Of a DNA stretch of 64,000 nucleotides, positions 12,255 to 25,125 are shown piece after piece. Numbering within the stretch: position 1 is the first letter of the stretch; every line of letters starts with the position of its first letter. Source of the DNA: Squalus acanthias (lineage: Eukaryota); contig CM059432.1 of the NCBI GenBank assembly GCA_030390025.1, positions 146,818,001 to 146,882,000 of the forward strand. The letters run 5' to 3'. The position numbers and the translations under genes are program-made. The notes under the pieces are model-generated. The model ran no database searches. It had not been told where the DNA came from and saw nothing but the letters and a program-made list of their open reading frames with translations.

Positions 12255-12775
12255 GCATAGAATTACATAGAGTCTACAGCCCAGAGACAGGCCATGCAGC
12301 CGAACTGCTCCATGCTGGTGTTTATGCTTCACACGAGCCTCCTCTCACCTCTCTTCATCTAACCCTATCAGCATGACCTTCCATCCCTTTCTCCCTCATG
12401 TGTTTATCTAACTTCTCCTTAAATGCATCTGTACTATTTGCCTCAACTACTGCTTATGGTAGTGAGTTCCACATTCTCACCACTCTCTGGGTGAAGAAGT
12501 GCCTCCAGAATTCCCAGTTGGATTTATCAGTGACTATCTTATATTTTTAACCCCTAGTTTTGCACTCCCCACAGGTAGAAACATTTTCACTACGTCTACC
12601 CTATCAAACCCTTTCATAATCTTACAGACCTCTATCAGGTCGCCCCTCAGTCTTTTTTCTAGAGAAAAGAGCCCCAGGCTGTTCAGTCTTGCCTGGTGGG
12701 TATAACCTCTCAGTTCTGGTATCATCCTTGTCAACCATTTTTGCACCTTCTCCAGTGCCTCGATATTCTTTTCAG
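12255..12775 (-). mobile_element. CR1 LINE 3' fragment
   Basis: TRMIPELRG...LGLFSLEKRLRGDLIEV. Confidence 0.9.
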
Positions 12776-12819
12776 TGCCTCTTTATGACTTGCCTAGACT
12801 GAACGGGAGGGAAAACATC

Positions 12820-14393
12820 TCGGGGTAGACTTTCCGGTTTGGGCGCAATTGCCGATTCCGTTGCAAATTGCCCCCAAAATTGCATCCGTTTTGAAAAGTG
12901 TTTTTTATTCCCCGAGTTTCTGCTCAAACTCATTTACATATCGCTGAATGCAAAATCTGCCATGAACCAGTGCAATCGGGCAGCGTTTTGCTTTTTAAAA
13001 AAAAAGTTCCTTCATATATTTAAAAGTGGTGACTTGGTGAAGTTTGACTAAACAGCTGAAAATAGGTTTATCACAAAAATAAGCATTTTTAATCACAGTG
13101 TCAATCCAGCACCTCTGAGTAACCCAATTTTAAGTTACTGAAATTAACTTTTAAAAATATATAAAACTATTTTCTCCCTCTGTTATGATTCTAAGATTCT
13201 ATGAAGTTAGATACCTAGATGAGGGAGAAAGGAATAGAAGGATATGCAGATAGGGTGAGATGAAGAGAGGTGGGAGGAGGCTCGTGTGGAGAATAAACAC
13301 TGGCACGGACCAGTTGGGCGGCATGGCCTGTTTCTGTGCTGTAAATTCTATGTCATTTTCTAGTTATATTGCGGTACATTAGTCAGTTTCTCAGTAAATG
13401 AAACAAAAATCACACTTAAAAGCTTTTAAAAAATACCTTTATATGTCCTTGAGCCTAAAGAACCAGCTTAATTTTTAAAGCCTCCCTGATGGCCTTCAAA
13501 CAGGCGCAATTAGTGGAAACTCTCCTTTCGTATGGTAGTAGCAAAGCAAATCAAATGTCAATATCTGAGTCAGATATCCAGGCCAGAGCTTCAGGTGTAA
13601 CAATGTGACTATCTTGTAGGCTGCCTGCGAATTTCCTCTGAGGGCAGCGTTCAATGATGTGCTCCAAGGTCTGATTAGGAGCTCCACAGTCGCATGATGG
13701 GGATGCTTTAATCTTCCATCTATGGAGAAGGTGGCAGCATCGACCATGACCGGTTCTGAGGCGGTTGATGGTTGTCCACTGTTTGTGAGGAAGGTTTGAT
13801 CCTTCAGGTTGTACTGTGGGGTCCTCTATAAGGAATCCATTCCGTATGTCACAGCTCTTAGCATTTCACCATCGCTCATCAAGGCTGAGGGGAGATCGCT
13901 GAAGGGCTTCGGCGACGGTCCAAAGTGGCCTTCATGATTTGAGACGGGTTGGCGGTAGGTTGTTCAAGTCAGCCTGGATCGCCGTGTCTTTGCTGGTGTA
14001 GCGGTTATATTCTCTGAAGACTGCATATTCGCGGTGCAGGTGTGGTGGTGCGATGTTTGCAAGCACGGGCAGTCGAGGTGTTGGTGTCGATAAAAGCGTA
14101 CCAGTGATAATTCTCATAGTAGAATTCAGCTGGACATCAACGGATTTGACATACGGATTTGATAGTGGAAACTCTCAATGGTGATTAATTCACCCTAGGG
14201 GCGTGGTTAATTTTGGGGTGGGGGGGGGCCTGCTTCTGGTGCGATGTTTTTAAAACTAGCGCAAGATCGCGGGAACTCAAGTTGCGCTGAACGCAACTTG
14301 CCCTTAAAATTCCACGATCCTTTGCGCCAGTTACACCGATTTCGGCCGAATTACGCCCAAAAAACCCAGTGCGATCGAGTGGAAACTCCAGGC
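12820..14393. mobile_element. Non-autonomous TIR element, family C (probably Harbinger-type), containing a CR1 tail and a Vingi insertion
   Basis: Ends GGGGTAGACTTTCC...GGAAACTCCAGGCCC; both halves match 59887-60220 and 62790-63090. Confidence 0.7.
13525..14162 (-). mobile_element. 5'-truncated Vingi/Ingi-like LINE
   Basis: VDVQLNSTMRIITGTLLSTP...LPVLANIAPPHL; WTTINRLRTGHGRC...SPSCDCGAPNQTLEHIIERCP; ends CCATACGAAAG; perfect 14-bp TSD tagtggaaactctc at 13511-13524 and 14163-14176. Confidence 0.8.
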
Positions 14394-15060
14394 CCAGGTG
14401 CTTATCTGCTGGGCTAAATTTCTTATTTTTCCAGGATGGTAGGTGTTTCTGATTTGACCAACATACTAAGGCAGACAAGTTCAAATACCGCTTTATTGCC
14501 TATATGTTTTTTCATTACTTAGTTGTTCACAGAATGCAGAAAATTGTCCACCGAACTACTGATTGAATTTATAATCTGGCGCTCCATTTCTGTGCGAGTT
14601 GTACAAATTATTTAGAGGCTTATTGACGTGGAAAACCTGTCACCTTTATTCAATGAATGTTAGTGAGTCAGCCTTCATTGTGGTGTGAGGATCATCATAA
14701 TAGATAAACAATGCATGCATAAACTGTAGCTCATGAAAGACGATTTATAATGCCTGAAGTATTTTAATATTTAACATAGTTGACCGAACCTCCCACCGCA
14801 CTAATCATGGGCTGAGCTATACCTCAGGTGGGACTGGATATGAGGGAGATAGGGTCTGGGTATGGGGGAAGGCTGCAGGCAGGTGCCCACACTCAGCATA
14901 AGATTGGGTCCCATGTCAAGACCTAGAGTGTTTGAGCATGGAACCAGCAGTTTTGGGGGTGTTGGTGGGGCAGGGTGTGGGGTAGAAGGGTTGAGGTGGA
15001 AGCAGTAGACTTGGGCTGAGGCCCTTGATGGAGGCCTGGGTCTGGGGTGTGTCCAGGGCC

Positions 15061-15585
15061 TTTTTTTTAAAATTCGTTCGTGGGATGTAGGCGTCGCTGA
15101 CAAGGCCAGCATTTATTGCCCATCCCTAATTGCCCTTGAGAAGGTGGTGGTGAGCCGCCTCTTGAACCGCTGCAGTCCGTGTGGTGAAGGTGCTCCCACA
15201 GTGCTGTTAGGGAGGGAGTTCCAGGATTTTGACTCAGCGACGATGGAGGATCGGCGATATATTTCCAAGTCAGGATGGTGTGTGACTTGAAGGGGAACTT
15301 GGAGCTGGTGGTGTTCCCATGCATCTGCTGCCCTCGTCCTTCTAGGTGGAAGAGGTCGTGGGTTTGGGAGGTGCTGTCGAAGAAGCCTTGGCGAGTTGCT
15401 GCAGTGCATCTTGTAGATGGTACACACTGCAGCCACGGTGCGCCGGTGGTGGAGGGAGTGAATGTTTAAGGTGGTGGATGGGGTGCCAATCAAGCGGGCT
15501 GCTTTGTTCTGGATGGTGTCGAGCTTCTTGAGCGTTGTTGGAGCTGCACTCATCCAGGCAAGTGGAGAGTATTCCATCACACTCC
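15061..15585 (-). mobile_element. CR1/L2-group LINE 3' fragment (distinct lineage)
   Basis: MEYSPLAWMSAAPTTLKKLDTIQ...SLHHRR...SWNSLP; A-rich tail. Confidence 0.85.
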
Positions 15586-16367
15586 TGCTGTGGGTACAAA
15601 GAATTGTATTGGATTTAATACAATTTAAGATTATTCATTTGGAAGTGGGGAGGCAGGACATTTTGATCTGTCTGGATTTGGAGACCAGGAGGATGTTGCT
15701 GACACCTGAGCAGAGGCTGCTGCAGTTCAGGAGTGGGAATGTTGGGTCAGAGCACAGATTCACTACATTTTGGGACCAGCAGATTTTCTGAGCGCTGATA
15801 AGGTTGCATCAAATAAAAAATAAAGATTTACCTAAGTGTTTATGGAGCATATTGGCTCTGAAACTCCAGTGAGAGACCACAGAACCCCTAAGGTGCACCG
15901 CGTCTCCACCATGACTGGCAATTCACCGGCTGCCTTTAAAGGGGTGGAACCACCATCCGCCCTTTACAAGGCTTCTGAGCATCGAGAGTTGGATCAAGGG
16001 GCGAGGACTATCAAAGTCAGGAGTTCCTGCAACTGAAGCTGGAAGAGAACCCAGTGCTTCTGTGGTGGATGGTTGGCTGAGGGACTGAAGGTTTACTGGC
16101 TTCCAGACGGCCAATTGCGGACCCCTCAGGTAGGGGCTAGATGAGGCAAGTGGTCTGCACCCATGGTTAAGTTTTAAATTTAATAATTAATGTAATCAGG
16201 TCAGCCCCCAGCCCCTAAGTGCAGACCAATGGCCACGTCACTGTGGGTATGGAGATGGGTACCAGAGATACTCCTGTAGTGGCAATTCCGACAGTGTCTC
16301 TGCTGGAGTCCACCTGGCACAATCCCAGAGTAACTACCAGGATTGTGACCCAAGGAGCTGTGGGGCT

Positions 16368-16807
16368 AGAAACATAGAACATCGAAAAATAGGAGCAGGA
16401 GTCGGCCCTTCGGCCCTTCGAGCCTGCTCCACCATTCAATATGATCATGGCTGATCCTCGATCTCAATACCATATTTCTGCTCTCTCCCCACACCCCTTG
16501 GTGCCTTTTGTGTCCAGAAATCTATCGATCTCCTTCTTAAATATATTCAGTGACTTGGCCTCCACAGCCTTCTGTGGTAGAGAATTCCACAGGTTCACCA
16601 CCCTCTGAGTGAAGAAATTTCTCCTCATCTCAGTCCTAAATGTCCTACCCCGTATCCTGAGACTGTGACCCCTTGTTCTAGACTCCCCAGCCAGGGGAAA
16701 CATCCTCCCTGCATCCAGTCTGTCTAGCCCTGTCAGAATTTTATACGTTTCCACGAGATCTCCCCTCATTTTTCTAAACTCGAGTGAATACATGCCTAGT
16801 CGACCCT
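16368..16807 (-). mobile_element. CR1 LINE 3' fragment
   Basis: LGMYSLEFRKMRGDL...RVVNLWNSLP; same subfamily as 52405-53015. Confidence 0.9.
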
Positions 16808-16909
16808 GGTATGTATGATTGTTCAATGGCAGATTTGTTGTAACAGGTTGAGAAAGTTTACTGCGGACGTAGAAAATCAGTCAGGGGTATTTACTTTGTT
16901 ATGGGTTAG

Positions 16910-17460
16910 CATATTGGCATGTTGGTCTTTATCTCAAGAGAACTGGAATGCAAAGGGGAGGAAGTTATGTTTCAGTTGTACAGAGCCTTGGTAATACACA
17001 TCTGGAGTACTGCATTCAGTTCTGGGCAATGCACCTCTGGATGGATATATTGGGCTTGGAGAGGATGCAGCGCAAATTCACTCGAATTGTACCGTGGCTG
17101 AGGGGGCTAAATTATGAGGACAGATTACATAAACCTGGTTTGTGTTCCCTTGAGTATAGAAGATTGAAGGATGACCTAATAAAGGTGTTTCAAATGATAG
17201 ACGGATTCAATAGGGTTGATAAAGATAAACTATTTCCTCTGCTGGAAGAATTCGGAACCAAGGAGCATAATCATGAATTGAGAGCCAGTCCATTCCGGAG
17301 TGGAATCAGGAAAACTTTTTCACATAAAGGGTAGTTGGAATTTGGAACTCTCTTTCCGAAAGGCTGTCAATGTTGGGACAATTGGAGCTTTCAAGGCTCG
17401 GCTCGCTAGATTTTTGTTAGATAAGGGTATAAAAGGATATGGATTAAAGGCAGGTAAATA
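16910..17460 (+). mobile_element. Old CR1 LINE 3' fragment
   Basis: HLEYCIQFW...LERMQRKFTR...SLEYRRLKDDL. Confidence 0.85.
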
Positions 17461-17464
17461 GATA

Positions 17465-18955
17465 ACAAAAGCAAAATACTGCATATGCGGGAAATCTGAA
17501 ATAAAAACAGAAAATGCTGGAAATACTCAGCAGGTCAGGCAGCATCTGTGGAGAGAGAATGGTTAGTTAATGGCTGCGATTTCCCCGACCTCAGTGGGTC
17601 CGGGGCGGGCGACGTCGGTGGTGGGCCCCGACCTCGCTGCTGTCTCCAGCCCGCTCTGTAGAATGATTTTACGTTGATTGGATTTGTTAAGCCCGTCCAG
17701 CACTTTTGCCGGCCAATTGAAGGAAGCGGGTCTGATGACGTCATTTGATGACGCGTTATCAGCCGGTTTCCTTAAAGGGACCATGCGCAAATTTACTTTG
17801 ACAGTTATGCTGTCAGTGTTCTACAGCATTGAGGTGCTGCAAACACTGACAATCACTGCACAGAGGTGCACGGCTGCACTCAGGCTCTTCCATGACTCCC
17901 TCCATATGCTTATGGAGGGAGTCACAGCACAGAGGGAGGTTCTCTTCCCTTTCCATAGGCGGAAGAGATCTTCCCAGGAGATCAACGCAGCCTGGTTGCA
18001 CATTGCACAGGAGGACACAAGCAGGGATGTGGTCAAGAGGATCTGGTTGCAGTGGCGCAAACCTTTCAATGATCTCAGTAGATCACGAAACGTTACTGCA
18101 AAGCCACACTCAACTTCATCCTCCTGTGCCACTCATCACATCCCCATCACTCGGCCTTCCCTACCCTACTCTGGGCAGCAATGTGGTCGGGTGCTGATGC
18201 CCTCTGTCCTGTGCAGCATCAGTTAATTGTGGAGAAGGTTGATGTTGTTATTGGTGTTGCTGGTGTGCCCGGTGATGCTGGTGTTGGGCTGATTGTGGTG
18301 GGATTCTGAGGACTAAGGCGTGATAGTTTCATGGGCACCGATGCTGATGGAATAGATGGCAGGTGAACTTGAGATGACAGAACCAATCTGTCAATGAGGT
18401 GACACTGGATAGAGACTTTGCTCCAAACACTTGCAACCTGCCTAAAGCTCAATCTGTTTTCCAAATGCAGTAAGCAACAGCTTTTCAGCTTGGAAAGTGA
18501 ACAGCTCTGAGATGGGAGCTTTTATAGCACATTTGCAGCTGTCAAGTAATGAGATGATCCCATGCTGACTCAACTCCCGACCTCCTTACCTGACGTGATC
18601 CCTGAGCAGCGTGGACCCCGTGGGCAACCTTGTAAAATGGTAAGGTAAACTCAAAATACTGTTTAATGGGCTGTTAACAAGGTCATAATGACCTGAATTG
18701 CCTCCCCCGCCACTGCATGTCGGGTCTGTTCAGCCCTGACAGACGCGACATCTGGGAAAGTAGCATGGCGGTGGGGTGACAGTGGGTTCCCGACCTGCTG
18801 TTAGAATTTTTTTTTCCCCACCCGACCCGCTGAGCCCCCGAAAAATTCCCCCCAGTGTTTCAGGTCGATGATCTTTCGTCAAAACTCTGATGAAAGGTCA
18901 TCAACCTGAAATGTTAATTGTGTTTCTCTCGCCACAGATGCTGCCTGACCTGCAG
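17465..18955. mobile_element. Penelope-derived inverted terminal-repeat element (17465-17571 plus 18854-18955), split by a Harbinger-type element
   Basis: caggtcaggcagcatctgtggagagaga and its inverse flank the insertion; the same motif ends the PLE fragment at 30090-30200. Confidence 0.75.
17572..18853 (+). mobile_element. Non-autonomous Harbinger-type element with Myb/SANT exon remnant
   Basis: RLFHDSLHMLMEGV...AWLHIAQE...WLQWRKPFNDLSR; near-TSD AAT/AGT; same family as 46569-48350. Confidence 0.8.
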
Positions 18956-19194
18956 GTAAATGGAGTGGAGTTGGAATAGCTTACCTCAGGAGACATGCTG
19001 TAGTACAAGCAGCTTAGATCGCTGCACGGGCAATTTGGACAGGTCGCTTGAAGAGAAACTCATTATCGGACACATTAGGACAAAAGGATGGCAGACCAGA
19101 TGGACCAATGGTCTTTTCAGCCTTAGGATTATTTACATTTCCATGTTCTGTGTTAACCCTAGTGATTTATCATGTCAATAGCTGAGGGGTCCTG

Positions 19195-19790
19195 AGAAAG
19201 AAAGAAATTCTTGCACGTGGATAAATACCTGAAGGAAAAAAAATTGCAGGGCTATGGGGAAAGGGCAGGGGATTGGGACTAGCTGAAGTGCTCTTGCAGA
19301 GAGCCGGCACGGGTTCGACGGGCTGAATGGCCTCCTTCTGTGCTGTCACCATTCTATGATTATATAGCAGGACATGTATAAGGATGTCCCAAAGCGCTTT
19401 ACAGCCAATGAAGTACTTTTTTGAAGCATAGTCACTGTTGTAATGTAGGAAACACAGCAGCTCCCACAAACAGCAATGTGATAATGACCAGGTAATCTGT
19501 TTTTAGTGATGTTGATTGAGGGATAAATATTGGTCAGGACACCGGGGATAACTCCCCTGCTCTTTGTCGAAATAGTACCATGGGATCTTTTACGTCTACC
19601 TGAAAGGGCAGATGGAGCCTTGGTTTAACGTCTCATCTGAAAGACGGCACCTCCAACAGTGCAGCACTCCCTCAGCACTGCACTGGAGTGTCAGCCTAGA
19701 TTTTTGTGCTTAAGTCTCTGGAGTGGGACTTGAACCCTCGACCTTCTGACTGAGGCGTGAGAGTGCTACCAAATGACACAGCTGACACTC
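19195..19790 (-). mobile_element. SacSINE1-like DeuSINE with a short plus-strand CR1 tail (~19218-19360) inside its 3' end
   Basis: Reverse complement of 8530-9010. Confidence 0.9.
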
Positions 19791-20224
19791 TATAATTCTA
19801 GTATCCCAACAGCTGCCCTAGTTGAGATGAGCTAATAGCACAGACCAAGAGTTGAACCCGGAATCTTTGTGCTCCATATATAGACTATACTGGCTTTTGC
19901 CTTTACTCAGGACATTTGGGGGAAATCAATTAGATGAAGCTTGCACCAATAGGAAAGGTTATAATTGAAGGTCTGCTGCCCTTTTCACCGCATGGAAACA
20001 TGACCAACAGGTGAGGATGAAAAATTAACCCCATTGGTGATGTCCACCCAGGCTTGTTTGTTCCCAGGTGTGTGGATGAGTGGGGCTGATGGTAGCTGAA
20101 TATTGCTGCCCTCTCGGTTGGTAACTCTTCCACAAGGAATGACATCTTGGTGACAGTGAGAGAGGCTTTTCTGAATAGGTTCTGAATTATCACACAGAAA
20201 CTTCAGAACAGCATTCCTGATTGA

Positions 20225-21305
20225 TGCCTGTAACCTTCTCCAGCCCTACAACAAAATGAGAACTCTGCATTCCTCCAACACTGGCCTTGTGCATTCTCCA
20301 CTCCACTCATGCCTACAATTGGCGGCTCTATGCTCTGGAATTCCCTCCGTAATTCTCTCCGCCTCTGCACCTCCCTCTTCTCCTTTAAAACCCTCCTTAA
20401 AACCTACCTCTTTGTTCAAGCTTTTGGTCACCCCTCTTAATGGCCCAGATTTTGCGGTCAGCGGCGAAGTGATGGCGCTCGCCGCTGATCTCGAAGAAAG
20501 CAGTGCACAAAGATCTAGCGATCTCTGGTGGATTTCACCTCTCCCAATGTTAATTTCATTCTGGCGTCAACTCTAGCGGTCTTCAGCATCCAGCAACAGT
20601 GATGTCTTCAAGCTGGCTAAGCAGCCAATCACATTGAAGAATTCCCACAGACAGCAAACCAGGAAGTAAAATGCACTGATTTTCCTTCACTTTTTCATCA
20701 TTTTGCAGAGAGCGAAATAAAGATTGGGACATACACATGGGATTAAGGTAGAAGCTGAAATATCAAATAAACTTTAAAAAAAAATTATAATAAAACCATG
20801 GAATTATTATCATTGTGGAATGTCACATTTTTCCATTAATATAAAATTAGTTTTTCAGGGCCAGAATGGCTGTTCAGCAGTAATTATGACTCAGTACACC
20901 GTTAAAAACCCAGTTACACCTCTTTCAACAAGGCTTAACTTTTTTTTTTTAGCAGCAATATTCCAGTGTAAAAGGGGAAGATTTCGTCAGTTTGGTGATT
21001 TGAATTGATTGCAGGCTCCGGGGAGTTCAACAGCGCAGCCTGTGGAGAAACGTAGAATCACTGACAGCGACTTCTGGATTTCCATGTTTATCTGTGCATG
21101 TGCGGACTCCAGAAGTTGCTGTCTCTCTGCCTCTCTTTCCTCCTTTAAGACGCTCCTTAAAACCTACCTCTTTGACCACGCTTTTGGCCATCTGCCCTAA
21201 TTTCTCTTTGTAGCTCGGTGTCAAATTTTGTTTGATAACACGCCTCTGAAGCACCTTGGGACGTTTTACTACGTTAAAGGTGCTATATTAATACAAGTTG
21301 TTGTT
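20225..21305 (+). mobile_element. L2 LINE 3' fragments (20225-20438, 21120-21305) flanking a truncated TIR element (20442-21120)
   Basis: ctccttaaaacctacctcttt, gcaccttgggacgttttactacgttaaaggtgctatat and a ttg tail; the inner element starts GGCCCAGATTTTGCGG. Confidence 0.7.
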
Positions 21306-21315
21306 ATTGCTGTTA

Positions 21316-21909
21316 GGGGGAGATTTTGTTAATGGGGGCGCGTTGGAGGCGGGACTGCTGCTTGGCGGGTCGATGTCCCGCCTCCATCAATTTGTGGCCA
21401 ACCCACGCTATTTTCCCCTGATTGACCTTGTTAAGCCCGCCCAGCGGGCTGGGCTTAGGCCAATCAAGGGAAAGCTGGTTGCAGAGCACATCAACGTTTG
21501 ACGTTTCATCTGTCAATTTTTGGCAGATGAATTGTCATCGTTTGACAGCTCTCTGTCAGTTTTTGTTGGATTACACTTCTACTACACTGAGCCCTTTAGG
21601 GGAATAGCCCCGGCCTCCCTCTGAGCATGCTGTAACCCCCCCCCCTCACTCACTTCGCAGATGTACTTCAGAGCCCTCCACCCACTGACGGGATCCTGGC
21701 TGCAGTCTGCTGCTGCCAAATTCCCGCTCCTGCCCACAGGGCAGGTAACGAATCTTGCTGGGTACTGGTCAAGACGCCGGGAACTTTTATTTAAATGAGG
21801 CCTTGCTGTTAAGATTGGCAGGGCCTCCATGTCCCCCAGCTCTCCGGGTGTTCCGCCCGTTATCGGGCTCGCAGGTACCATTCCCACCACCCTGTTAAAA
21901 ATCGAGGCC
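21316..21909. mobile_element. Harbinger-type MITE
   Basis: Starts GGGGGAGATTTT, ends AAAATCGAGGCC; first ~130 bp similar to 32739; no clean TSD. Confidence 0.65.
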
Positions 21910-23744
21910 ACGGTGTATTTCAATGTATAGTGCCAACCACATCACATTAGTCTGAGAGGCTGTTATTTACCACATTGTATTAAAGGCCTTATCTTTCGGA
22001 GCTTTCTACAGCATATTTTAATGTTTTTTTTGATTGGAAATGGTAGGACAACAAAAGAGAAACGGTCGCTCTAAACTCAGAAATAAAAACATTGACATTT
22101 GGCCCAACCTGGATGATTTCACAAGGATGTGGTGGCACACTAAAGAATGCTCCGTGATATCTGAATATGGAACATATTGAAAGCGAGAACTTTTATAGGC
22201 ACTGAATCAATAACCAAGTTTAACAAGGTGCCTTTTATAATGTCGGAATCCAATCTATTCTGCCATGTGGTGTATTACAATCTAATCTTAGAATAAAAAT
22301 CTTCGAGTGGGTCAGATGTCTCTCTGGGAATTAATGCACCTTCCTAAAACAATACTGTTTTGTATTAGCTTCGCAGTGTTATAATTTGTGTGAAACTTAT
22401 CCGCGATATGAAAAGATGGGTTCAGAATGGTTTTCTGTGTTGATATTGTACGAGGAGTGAAGTAAAAGGAAAATGTAATGTGGCTGGTGCTCCCATATTG
22501 TTCGAAAGCAGAGTTGAGTGTGATATATGGAGGTTTGAGCTTGCAGGAGCTCAGATTGACAGTTGGTCTGGGACCAACTTGAACTTGATAAGCCCAGAAG
22601 TCATTATCAGCGACATTGACTTGCATGAACAGCCTGTCAGTTATATAAAAAAAAAACCCACACAAAGGCCAAATGCATTCATTTCTGTATCATGTGGCTT
22701 TGTCACATCACTGATCTTTGCTTATATGCTTTTTTTTTTCAAGCAACAGGCTCTCACAGTGCAAAGGTATTAAACAGGGCTGTGACAACCTGGGAAGAAG
22801 CAACAGGACATCACTCCACTGCAATCTGTTTAAAATGTGAAGTGTGTTCGCTGTTGTACTGTAAATGTACAGAGCAGCTCGATATTACCGTCCTTCTAAT
22901 ATCGGATTAAGGGGGGGAAAACAGCTGCTGCAGCTTCCACACTGGGCACATCAACAGGGACAACCACAAGTTCACGAATCCATAATTATGCTTCAATAAA
23001 CGATAAGTCAACCAATAACAGTGGTCTATAGAGTTCAGTAGTCCTTCTGTTGCTTTCTGCCCACTACCTTTTGCTACAAATGTTAGTTTAAAAAAAAAGT
23101 AGGAACGCAACTGTCCAGCTTTTAGGTTCTGCCCAGATAATTTCTTGAGGGTCTCCACTGACGTAAGGGAAACTTTCAGGGGCTGGAAGCAGTGCAGAGA
23201 AGAGCCTTGAGGCTGACCCCCTCGTGCCGGGGGTTAGAGTAACGAGGAAAGCCTGGACTAACCTGGGCTATTCCGCCTTGAAAAAGAGGCAGTTGAGAGA
23301 CATTTTACAGAAAAGGTAAATCTGAAAAATAACTTTAAATTCCAATGCGACACAGTTCAAAATAATTAAATGCAAATTTAGAACTGATATTGTGAGGTAC
23401 ATATTCACACAAAGAGTGATCAACACTTTGAATGGACTCCTGGATAGAATAGTGGAGGCAACACCTCTGGCAACCACTTAAGAAACGATTGAATGCTACA
23501 AGAGCAAGGAGTGGGGGTGGGGGGAGAGAGAGAATTTGGGTCTCCCAAGTAAAATTGGCCAAATAGCGCCTCTTGTCCATACTGATATTGTGATTACAGT
23601 TTACTGCGATTTCAGTCTTTTTAGAACCAAAATGGTTGTAACCTTTGTATTTGAACATGGAACACTTCAAATAAAAATTTTGCCTCCTTGATAAGATACC
23701 CAACACATGAAAGTTGTAATATCTAAAACATTGTATAGAGCCAT

Positions 23745-24100
23745 CTAGGGGTCTAGACAGAGTAGATAGAGAGAAACTGTTCCCATTGGCGGAAGGGTCG
23801 AGAACCAGAGGACACAGATTTAAGGTGATTGGCAGAAGATCCAAAGGCGACATGAGGAAAAACTTCCTCACGCAGCGAGTGGTTCGGATCTGGAATGCGC
23901 TGCCTGAGAGGGTGGTGGAGGCAGATTCAATTGTGGCTTTCAAACGGGAATTGGATAAGTACCTGAAGGAAACAAATTTGCAGGGCTATGGGGGAAAGGG
24001 CGGGGGAGTGGGACTAGCTAAAGTGCGCTTGCAGAGAGCCGGCACGGGCTCGACGGGCCGAATGGCCTCCTTCTGTGCTGTAACCATTCTATGATTCTAA
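23745..24100 (+). mobile_element. CR1 LINE 3' fragment
   Basis: SRTRGHRFKV...RVVRIWNALP; attctatg tail. Confidence 0.9.
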
Positions 24101-24252
24101 TTGGGATTGGGATTAAAACCACAATGTGGTCAGCCTGAAAGCAGCAGACATGTTAAATAAAGCTTGAGGTATGCTGCAGACTATCTCTTGTCAGCTGGTG
24201 TTTAAATAGGTGTTACAGAGAATCCATCTTTTCTTGCATGTAATTTAATTTA

Positions 24253-24505
24253 CAGTAAACTCTTGTTTAAATGGCACTTAATCATCCGGAATTCTTTAAT
24301 AACCGGCAAAATAGATAACCGGTAATCTTGCCGAATCCATCCATTTTTCGTTTTTCCGAGTCCGAGTTTCCCGCGGTGGCCGCGTTAGTCCGTGGTTTTT
24401 ATTTTTTTTTTGTGTTAAAAATTGCCTACCTCTCTGTTATCCGGAATTTTTCATCAACCGGCACCATCCTGGTCCCATAGGTGCCGGATATGAAAGAGTT
24501 TACTG
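24253..24505. mobile_element. Tc1/mariner-pogo (Tigger-like) MITE
   Basis: TIR CAGTAAACTCTT...AAGAGTTTACTG flanked by TA on both sides. Confidence 0.8.
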
Positions 24506-24709
24506 TAGCACACTCCAAACTGGGTTCACCGATGAACCCTAAGCATTTATAACCCTCCGCAACAAGAATTAGCTTAGATGACATCAGACCTTGACTGGCA
24601 TCTGGCATGATTTAAATCTTCTCAAGGTTGCTCTTTTTGGTAGAATACATGCCACCTAATGCACAAATGTAGTCAGCGCATCACAACAAACAATCCTTCC
24701 TATATACAG

Positions 24710-25125
24710 CATACAAATTAGGAGCAGGAGTCGGCCACTCGGCCCCTCGAGCCCGCTCCGCCATTCAATAAGATCACGGCTGATCCGATTACTCCACATT
24801 CCCGCCTACCCCCGATAACCTTTCACCCCCTTGCTTATCAAGAATCTATCTACCTCTGCCTTAAAAATATTCAAAGACTCTGCTTCCACCGCCCTCTGAG
24901 GAAGAGAGTTCCAAAGACTCACGACCCTCTGTGAGAAAAAAATTCTCCTCATCTCTGTCTTAAATGGGCGACCCCTTATTTTTAAACCGTACAGGGAGCA
25001 GGCACCCAATGCAGTGACCCTCTAATTCTAGATTCTCCCACAAGAGGAAACATCCTCTCCACATCCACCCTGTCCAGACCCCTCAGGATCTTATATGTTT
25101 CAATTAAGTCACCTCTTACTCTTCT
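24710..25125 (-). mobile_element. CR1 LINE 3' fragment
   Basis: KIRGRPFKTEMRR...SLWNSLPQRAVEAESL. Confidence 0.9.

Noticed and set aside
15600..16365. Moderately GC-rich stretch, possibly an LTR or exon
   Set aside because: No terminal motifs, second copy or recognisable peptide; left unassigned.
23165..23250. GGGAAAC slippery site plus pseudoknot as a -1 frameshift signal
   Set aside because: The spacing of ~40 nt is too long and there is no surrounding ORF.
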